Below are positions 57,381 to 64,000 of a DNA stretch of 64,000 bases, in pieces. This stretch comes from Candidatus Poribacteria bacterium. Its GTDB lineage: Bacteria > Poribacteria > WGA-4E > WGA-3G. How positions within the stretch are numbered: the first letter of the stretch is position 1; every line of letters begins with the position of its first letter. The translations under genes and the position numbers were made by a program. The notes under the pieces are model-generated. The model worked only from the letters and a program-made list of their open reading frames with translations. It had not been told where the DNA came from and did no database searches. Location: contig CBDANF010000002.1 in NCBI GenBank assembly GCA_965197475.1, positions 1,216,001 to 1,280,000 on the forward strand, read 5' to 3'.

Positions 57381-58372
57381 TGAAACGAAGGACCTTCATC
57401 AAATTGAGCGCGATGAGTGCTGCAGGAATGGTTTACCCTCTTCAGTTGCAAGCACAAATAGATGATGTCCCTATATTGAAGCCTCGCGCCCTCATCACAC
57501 CTAATGAGGAATTCTATATCCTTCAAATAGGTGACCCTGTTAAAATTGATGCAGCAAATTGGCGTTTAGTTATTACTGGCTTGGTAGAGAATCCTATTGC
57601 ACAGCTTCAACTTGAGGACATCAAGTCAATGGAATCGGTAAAAACGATGCGAACCTTGAAATGCATCGGTGATCCAATTGGCACTGAACAGATGGGGAAT
57701 GCGGAGTGGAGAGGAGTCCGTTTGCGCGACCTTCTTCAAAAAACTGGTGTTAAAGCTGAAGCCAAAGTTGTTGTTTTCCGATGCCTAGACAGTTATCATA
57801 CCGCAATTCCGTTAGCAGATGCTATGCATGAAGATACGATTCTTGCTTATGAGATGAATGGTAAACCCCTTCCGACAGACCACGGTTTTCCAGTCCGATT
57901 ATTGAATCCCGGTCATTATGGCACAAAAAACCCGAAATGGATAGTTAATATCCAATTAGCAACGGAACATAAAAGTTATTGGGAAGAAAGGGGATGGGAT
58001 CCTGTTGCGAATGTGAAACTTGCGACAGTAATCGGCACACCAAGCGAAGACGAAGAAGTTATCGGTGGGTCTAATTATATTGTCAGTGGGGCAGCGTTTG
58101 ATGCTGGACATCATGGTGGTATAAAGAAAGTAGAAGTCAGCGTTGATTATGGAGAAACGTGGCAAAAAGCAGAGATATGGGCGAAAGATACACCGCTGGC
58201 ATGGGTGCTTTGGAAATGGAATTGGCGGGTACCTAAGAAAAAAGGTCCAGTGGAGATTTACGCGAGGGCAACAACCAACAGCGGAGTCACTCAAGACGAA
58301 TTTGGAATTAATGTCAAACCGGTAGACGCATTAGGTTATCATACTGTTGATGCCAAGATTGTGGATCCATAG
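57380..58372 (+). CDS. Tat-exported sulfite-oxidase-family molybdopterin oxidoreductase
   Basis: KRRTFIK Tat motif, TPNEEFY, LKCIG (Mo-Cys), AYEMNG.PL..HGFPVRL, KNPKW, C-terminal Ig-like domain. Confidence 0.88.
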   Translation: MKRRTFIKLSAMSAAGMVYPLQLQAQIDDVPILKPRALITPNEEFYILQIGDPVKIDAANWRLVITGLVENPIAQLQLEDIKSMESVKTMRTLKCIGDPIGTEQMGNAEWRGVRLRDLLQKTGVKAEAKVVVFRCLDSYHTAIPLADAMHEDTILAYEMNGKPLPTDHGFPVRLLNPGHYGTKNPKWIVNIQLATEHKSYWEERGWDPVANVKLATVIGTPSEDEEVIGGSNYIVSGAAFDAGHHGGIKKVEVSVDYGETWQKAEIWAKDTPLAWVLWKWNWRVPKKKGPVEIYARATTNSGVTQDEFGINVKPVDALGYHTVDAKIVDP

Positions 58373-58468
58373 AAAGTGCTACCCTTGTTAGTTCGTAAAT
58401 CAGGTTTACAAAGCCCTTCTACGATTGATGAGATAGACTGTAGAACCCTTCTCAAAATAACGCTATAA

Positions 58469-59653
58469 ATGCGCTTAAAACCGAGCAAACTTTTCACCGT
58501 CTATTTTCCAGTTTTACTAATAGATTTTGCTTTCAGCAGTGTCCTAACGAATTCCTCTTTTTATACCAGTTATCTTAGACTCTCCTCAACCTTTTTAGGT
58601 CTGCTGATGGCAATTGCAACAGTCTTTTTCGCGTGCCTTGCTGTGCCATTTGGGCAGCTATCTGATCGCGTGAAACGGCGACGTATGTTATACGCCGCCT
58701 GTCTTTTATTAGCGGTTGTTAGCATTGTACTCCCCATTTGTAGGGATAAAATCCATTTACTGATTATTTTTCCTGGTCTTGGAATTAGCATGGCACTGTT
58801 TTGGCCGGCTTATGAGGCTTGGCTTTCTGAACAGGAGGGCGAGGGCAACCTACTTCAACGAGTAACACTTTTCAACCTATTTTGGAGTATCGGCGTAACT
58901 TTGGGACCAACGGTGTCGGGTTATCTGTATAAAGATGCGAACCCATTTAGTCCATTTTATCTGTCAGTCGTGCTTAGTTTGTTCACTATAGTGCCGCTAT
59001 TTTTACATAAATCCAGTGATGATTCACACACAATAGAAACATCATCCGAAACCGTTGAGATACTATTTCCGTCACCTACAGTCAGAACAACCCATCTCAA
59101 CTTAGCACGGTGTGCCAATTTTGCATCATGGTTTGGGCTTGGTGTCTTGCGCAGGTTATCTCCGAAGTTAACATTAGAGATGGGTATCCCTGCCAAAATG
59201 TATGGAAATTATATGCTAACGCTTGGCAGTGTGCAAACGTTGGCGTTCCTTGGACTTGGGACAGGTTTTTCTACTCAATGGCACTACCGGTTTAGACCTT
59301 TATTAATAGTTCAAGGATTGGCAATTCTCAGTTTCATTGGTATGTGGAGATTCCAGCATACCATTCTATGGACAGTGTCGTTTGCTGCAATTGGCTTATC
59401 AGCGGCGTTTACCTATTTCAGCAGTCTCTACTACGGTTTGCACAAGCATACAGACAAGGGTAACAAAAGTGGGTGGCACGAAGCAATTCTGGGAATGGGT
59501 ATATTAATAGGTCCGTTATTAGGTGGTATAGCAGCAGATTCGGGATTGGGACAACAAAGTCCATATCTAATCTGTGCTGCAGCGATTTTCACGGCTATTG
59601 TGATAGAAATTTTTATTGCCTTAGGGAGTCGGTTGTCAAAGGATGTGCCTTGA
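58469..59653 (+). CDS. MFS transporter
   Basis: About 12 TM segments, GQLSDRVKRR motif A. Confidence 0.85.
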   Translation: MRLKPSKLFTVYFPVLLIDFAFSSVLTNSSFYTSYLRLSSTFLGLLMAIATVFFACLAVPFGQLSDRVKRRRMLYAACLLLAVVSIVLPICRDKIHLLIIFPGLGISMALFWPAYEAWLSEQEGEGNLLQRVTLFNLFWSIGVTLGPTVSGYLYKDANPFSPFYLSVVLSLFTIVPLFLHKSSDDSHTIETSSETVEILFPSPTVRTTHLNLARCANFASWFGLGVLRRLSPKLTLEMGIPAKMYGNYMLTLGSVQTLAFLGLGTGFSTQWHYRFRPLLIVQGLAILSFIGMWRFQHTILWTVSFAAIGLSAAFTYFSSLYYGLHKHTDKGNKSGWHEAILGMGILIGPLLGGIAADSGLGQQSPYLICAAAIFTAIVIEIFIALGSRLSKDVP

Positions 59654-60749
59654 TGTAATCTTCGTCCGGTGTAACGCCAAGACCAGGACCGTCTGGCACT
59701 GTGACGACATGGTCATGAATTTCAACACCGCTAACTACCAAGGTATCTAAAAATGCGGGGGCGTTTAGTTCAGCAGGTAGGACAAGATCGATAGTTGAGA
59801 AGAGATGAACGCTTGCGATAAACCCGACACCCGCCTCTGTCAAACCGCTGCCGAGTAGTTCCAGAGCATTGGCTTCTGCGACGTAAACACTCTTGATGCA
59901 TTCCGAAAGACCGCCTGATTTACATAACTTCAAAACAACAGCATCCGCACATTCAAGTCGTGCGATTTTGCCAAGATCGAAATACGTAAAACAGCCCTCA
60001 TCAATGGCAATCGGAACAGGGGATGCCTCTCGAACCCGTTTCATACCGAACCAATCTTGACTTGCGACAGGTTGTTCCATACAGTAGACTTCGTTAATAT
60101 TTTCAACGCGTTTCAGTAGTTCCAATGCGTTGGACGGGGTGTAAGACTGATTCGCATCAATCCAAAGTTTGGCATCCGGCATCGCTTCGTGAACTGCGCG
60201 TAATCGATCTTCATCCAATGCAGGCATGCCTGCAACTTTCACCTTGAAACAGGTACAGGGTGATAAAGCTTTCGCCTTCAACGCCATTATCTCTGGCGTA
60301 TCAATACTCAAGGCATAACTGAGTGGTAGTGTATTATGTCGTTTTCCACCGAAAAGGGTATGCAGCGGCACATTTAGGATTTGACCACATAGGTCATGCA
60401 ACGCAATGTCAACAGCGGCTTTCGCGAAGGGATGTCCGTTGCTGACAGCAGGTTTTAACGTCTGATAGATTGTATCGTGGATTTTGTTGCGGTTCAGCGG
60501 ATTTTGTCCCAGAAGTAGAGGCGCAATATGGTGTCGAATCGTGGTTGTAATAGACTCTGTTGTCTCATAACTCCAAGAAGGTAGCGCACGTTGTTCACCC
60601 CAACCGATATAACCATCATCTGTTGTAATTTTTACAAAGATGTGGTGTCCTGCAGCATCGGGATCACTAACGAAACCGGTACCGATAGTGAAAACGTCTT
60701 TCATTGCGATTGCAGTGGGAAAAATCTCTATGTGTGCGATTTTGCTCAT
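59613..60749 (-). CDS. Mandelate racemase/muconate cycloisomerase (enolase superfamily)
   Basis: GWGE, AAVDIALHD, FKVK, IDANQ, EQP, IDE, KLCKSGG. Confidence 0.88.
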   Translation of the reverse strand: MSKIAHIEIFPTAIAMKDVFTIGTGFVSDPDAAGHHIFVKITTDDGYIGWGEQRALPSWSYETTESITTTIRHHIAPLLLGQNPLNRNKIHDTIYQTLKPAVSNGHPFAKAAVDIALHDLCGQILNVPLHTLFGGKRHNTLPLSYALSIDTPEIMALKAKALSPCTCFKVKVAGMPALDEDRLRAVHEAMPDAKLWIDANQSYTPSNALELLKRVENINEVYCMEQPVASQDWFGMKRVREASPVPIAIDEGCFTYFDLGKIARLECADAVVLKLCKSGGLSECIKSVYVAEANALELLGSGLTEAGVGFIASVHLFSTIDLVLPAELNAPAFLDTLVVSGVEIHDHVVTVPDGPGLGVTPDEDYIKAHPLTTDSLRQ

Positions 60750-61020
60750 GTGATTGGTATTAACTCCGGTGTGCTTGCAAATAGGAAGATGCTTTGATTA
60801 CTTTCTGAATGTTAATGCCTATATTTTATCAGTTACCCATCAATTTATCAAAAGGTATATTGAAAATGTCCTTGACAAATATCCGACTTATGTGTCAAAA
60901 TAAGAATTATAATCAAAGTGCTGATCTAACAAAACGTAGCCTATGTAAAATCTAAAATACCTATACATTGAAATTAAATCATACTTCCAAGTTTCAGGAA
61001 AACATACTAAGGAGTTTAAC

Positions 61021-61674
61021 ATGCAAACGGATCCGAATCACACGGAAGAAAAAGAACTTCCGCTTTTTCCGTTGAATGTTGTGTTGTTCCCTGGTGGTTT
61101 GCTGGCGTTATACATTTTTGAACAGCGTTATCGTGAAATGGTGAAGTTTTGTATCAGAAACGAATCGTCCTTTGGCATTGTCTTGATTAAAAAAGGTGAG
61201 GAGGTCGGTGAAGCAGCAACGCCTTGTAAAATTGGCACCGCAGTTGATTTGGTTGAAGTTGATCGGTTTCCAGATGGGCGTATGAATATCATGACATCTG
61301 GACACTCTCGGTTTGAGATATTGGAAGTTGACGACGAATTGCCGTATTTGGTGGCACGGGTGCGGGTGTTAGATTCGTTAGACGCAGAACCCGACATAAG
61401 ACTGGAAAATATTGCTGCGGAAACTCGTGAACTCTACATTGAATATGAAACGTTATCAAGTTATTTGATATTTGGATGGCAGCCGCCGGATAACGATCCC
61501 CAACATCCACAACAATTAGCGTATCAAATTGGAACAAGGTTGCGTATCTCACTTGATGAAAAACAGGAACTTTTAGAAATTGCTTCTTTTGACGAACTCC
61601 TTAAACGTGAAATTGAAATTTTGAAAATTCAGAATCAACAAATAGCTTTTCAATTGGCAGCACGAAATAATTGA
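61021..61674 (+). CDS. Lon N-terminal substrate-binding domain protein
   Basis: LPLFPLNVVLFPG...IFEQRYREM, DGR, KQELLE. Confidence 0.85.
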   Translation: MQTDPNHTEEKELPLFPLNVVLFPGGLLALYIFEQRYREMVKFCIRNESSFGIVLIKKGEEVGEAATPCKIGTAVDLVEVDRFPDGRMNIMTSGHSRFEILEVDDELPYLVARVRVLDSLDAEPDIRLENIAAETRELYIEYETLSSYLIFGWQPPDNDPQHPQQLAYQIGTRLRISLDEKQELLEIASFDELLKREIEILKIQNQQIAFQLAARNN

Positions 61675-61823
61675 CTCCCGATTACCACGATAAGGTTTTT
61701 GACGCATTATTATAGCATTCGATATTACGTGTTTTAACGTATTGTTGGTGTCCATTGTTATATGAAAAGGTTTTTAATAGTGTTCACATTGGTGCGTATG
61801 ACACCGGTAGGTCGAAGAGATCC

Positions 61824-62456
61824 ATGGCACTCAAGGCTCCTATTCACCAATTCACTGAAACTCGGACGATCCATATTTCAGGGAGAGATTTCTTATATAT
61901 AAGCAATCTCATTTCAGCGTTCAGACTGCTGATAGTCCCGGTTCTCTTTTGGTTGATTTATCAGGAGAACTATAAACCCGCGATTGTGGTGGGCGGAATA
62001 GCGGTTATTTCAGATCTGCTGGATGGATTTTTTGCGCGAGCGTTGAATCAACACTCGGAACTCGGTTATATTCTTGACCCAATTGCTGATAAATTCGCTA
62101 TTGGTGCTGGAATTTTTGCTCTCGTTTTATCAAGAAATTCCGAATTCCCAATGTGGGCATTTGCAGCAGTGGTTTTCAGAGATGTGGCAATTGTGGTAGG
62201 CAATGCATACCTTGCTTATAAAGCCAAAATGATTACGCGTTCTAATTGGTGGGGTAAGTGTACTAGTTTTTCATTGTCAGTCGCATTGATGCTATACCTT
62301 ATTCGTCCAATACAGCCAGAACTGTTCCCAGAGTGGGTTGATTTTTTTACGCTGTGCATCGCTTTAGTATTTGTAGGGATTTCCACGGTGAGTTACGCTC
62401 AGCACATGTTTCGTGTACTAAAAAACGCTTCAATTCAAACAAAAGCTGCACACTAA
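61824..62456 (+). CDS. CDP-alcohol phosphatidyltransferase (PgsA-like)
   Basis: SNLISAFR, SDLLDGFFAR...SELGYILDPIADK. Confidence 0.88.
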   Translation: MALKAPIHQFTETRTIHISGRDFLYISNLISAFRLLIVPVLFWLIYQENYKPAIVVGGIAVISDLLDGFFARALNQHSELGYILDPIADKFAIGAGIFALVLSRNSEFPMWAFAAVVFRDVAIVVGNAYLAYKAKMITRSNWWGKCTSFSLSVALMLYLIRPIQPELFPEWVDFFTLCIALVFVGISTVSYAQHMFRVLKNASIQTKAAH

Positions 62457-62544
62457 CATCATGACAGTATTGACACTATCTATACAAGTGATATGTGGGA
62501 ACCTCAGTAGCGAAATTTAATTATAATCGGTTAGGAAAATTAAA

Positions 62545-62973
62545 ATGGAACTCTATTTGAATCCTTCTGACGTGGCCGAAGTGATCGGTGTTGATGAGGA
62601 AATAATAAAACAGACCTTGGACCGGAAACATGCAGAAATTGAGCCCTTTCTCCGTGTTGTCGCTACACCTTTAGAAGAAGGGGTGGAACCGAAAGCAATT
62701 ACCCAATTAAGAATCGATGGCTTAGCACCATTGATAACACAACTAAGTTACAATATCCCTACAAATGACATAATTGAAAATCTTATTTGTCAAGTCGTTC
62801 ACATCGCCTACCTCCGGGAAAATAATGAAAAATTGGAAACAGAAATTGCTGAACTCCGAGAAAAAGTTAAATCTCTTCAAGAGGAAAGAGCTGATTTGCG
62901 GGTCCAGATTCACAACTTACAAGAAGAAAAACCGAAGAGCTGGAAAAATAGATTATTCAAAATTGGAGATTGA
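62545..62973 (+). CDS. Hypothetical protein with C-terminal coiled coil
   Basis: AGGA RBS, heptads, and a KSWKNRLF amphipathic tail. Confidence 0.65.
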   Translation: MELYLNPSDVAEVIGVDEEIIKQTLDRKHAEIEPFLRVVATPLEEGVEPKAITQLRIDGLAPLITQLSYNIPTNDIIENLICQVVHIAYLRENNEKLETEIAELREKVKSLQEERADLRVQIHNLQEEKPKSWKNRLFKIGD

Positions 62974-63013
62974 GCGAGTTTCTCGGATATGTTAATCTTT
63001 CTTGAAATAGCTT

Positions 63014-63640
63014 ATGATAAAACAGAAACGAAATAAGTTAATCGCTATCGGGTTTTTTGTTCTTAGCACTGTTTTTCTCTATGTAGAACTGGGAAATATA
63101 TCGACTATTCCCAAAGTTTTCACGCAAATTGATGTGCTGCTCAAAGGAATTGCGTTTGTGATGTTAAGCATTGCCGCGATTCTTGCCAGCGTTTCTTTTG
63201 AGAACAAACTACGTATATCACTTATTTCAACAATTGGTTTGGGAATCGGACTTGGATTTCTCTATCTTCCTGTTCCATCAATTTTCCGCAGTTCTGCATT
63301 TCATATCCTCTTCAGTAGTGCCATTGCGTTCGGGATTACAACTCCTGCTAAAAAGATCGCCTCAGTTGTGTCAGCTATTTCTGTTTGTATCGGGATCGTT
63401 TTTCTCTATCAATCCTTTTTTCCAGCACTCAGTAGCACTTCATTATATCTGATTTTACCGGGGATGATTGTGTTTTCTATTGTCTATTCACAGAAAACTT
63501 TGTGTGAACGGATATCGATTGGATTAATAGCTCTCGGTTTAATTTCTCTTTGCCAACCGTTTCTAATTCTATTTTATCAAACAGGATTTCATTTACTACT
63601 TGGGGGGTTAACCGGATTTATTGTCGTAGCACATAGGTAA
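63014..63640 (+). CDS. Hypothetical integral membrane protein
   Basis: 208-aa highly hydrophobic ORF. Confidence 0.65.
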   Translation: MIKQKRNKLIAIGFFVLSTVFLYVELGNISTIPKVFTQIDVLLKGIAFVMLSIAAILASVSFENKLRISLISTIGLGIGLGFLYLPVPSIFRSSAFHILFSSAIAFGITTPAKKIASVVSAISVCIGIVFLYQSFFPALSSTSLYLILPGMIVFSIVYSQKTLCERISIGLIALGLISLCQPFLILFYQTGFHLLLGGLTGFIVVAHR

Positions 63641-63735
63641 GTCAATTCTATGGAAGATGAAAATAGTTTCCTACAAAACACATCCTCCAAATCACCCCAA
63701 TAGTTGCCCAATTATAAGATACCCAAATTTCGCTT

Positions 63736-64000
63736 ATGGCATCTGCCAAATCAACACAAATTGTCATCGTCGGTGCTGGTGTAATAGGTGCTTCAATAGC
63801 CTATTACCTATCCCGTCGAACGAACCATATTATAACTGTGCTTGAGAGTGACATTCCCGGATCAGGTGCATCTGGACATTCCTTTGCTTGGGTGAATGCT
63901 TTTGGAAAAGATCCGCGCGATTACCATTCGCTGAATAGACGTTCGTTGGATATGTGGTATCGGTTAGCGCATCAACTTGATGCGGATATAGGTATCCATT
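63736..64000 (+). CDS. FAD-dependent oxidoreductase (DAO family), partial
   Basis: Not in ORF track. Reads MASAKSTQIVIVGAGVIGASIAYYL...GSGASGHSFAWVNA. Confidence 0.85.
   Translation, partial: MASAKSTQIVIVGAGVIGASIAYYLSRRTNHIITVLESDIPGSGASGHSFAWVNAFGKDPRDYHSLNRRSLDMWYRLAHQLDADIGIH

Noticed and set aside
1-64000. tRNA, rRNA, tRNA-Sec or known riboswitches
   Set aside because: None recognisable by eye. A tRNAscan-SE or Infernal run would be needed to exclude them.

Overview
Bacterial chromosomal window with no rRNA, tRNA or CRISPR array visible. The gene content suggests Candidatus Poribacteria (inference): LamG proteins ending in VE-x-x-GKLAT-x-WG-x-LK, several Gfo/Idh/MocA oxidoreductases, a PhyH dioxygenase and a sulfatase. 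Core blocks are a peptidoglycan-recycling operon (serine hydrolase-namZ-anmK), a three-gene Sdh1-type succinate dehydrogenase, rho-rpmE-prfA-prmC, yebC-ruvCAB-queA-yajC and assorted catabolic enzymes. Mobile DNA comprises IS1595, two IS5/ISL2-like copies, IS1, two MITEs with target-site duplications and many GTAG-type REP palindromes. Two features stand out. (1) A type I R-M locus (hsdR...hsdS...hsdM, about 35-47.7 kb) acts as a defence hotspot. It carries an AlbA_2/RecG-C protein, a Kiwa-like pair and three tandem copies of an uncharacterised two-gene cassette (conserved-leader protein A plus possible ART/RES-like protein B). A duplicated hsdM 5' end, a frameshifted third B gene and an orphan A gene 3 kb past hsdM suggest an accreting toxin/immunity-like array. 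(2) Three apparent short ORFs at 23090-24106 are one in-frame, exported two-domain peroxiredoxin with two UGA (selenocysteine) codons, each followed by a SECIS-like hairpin.
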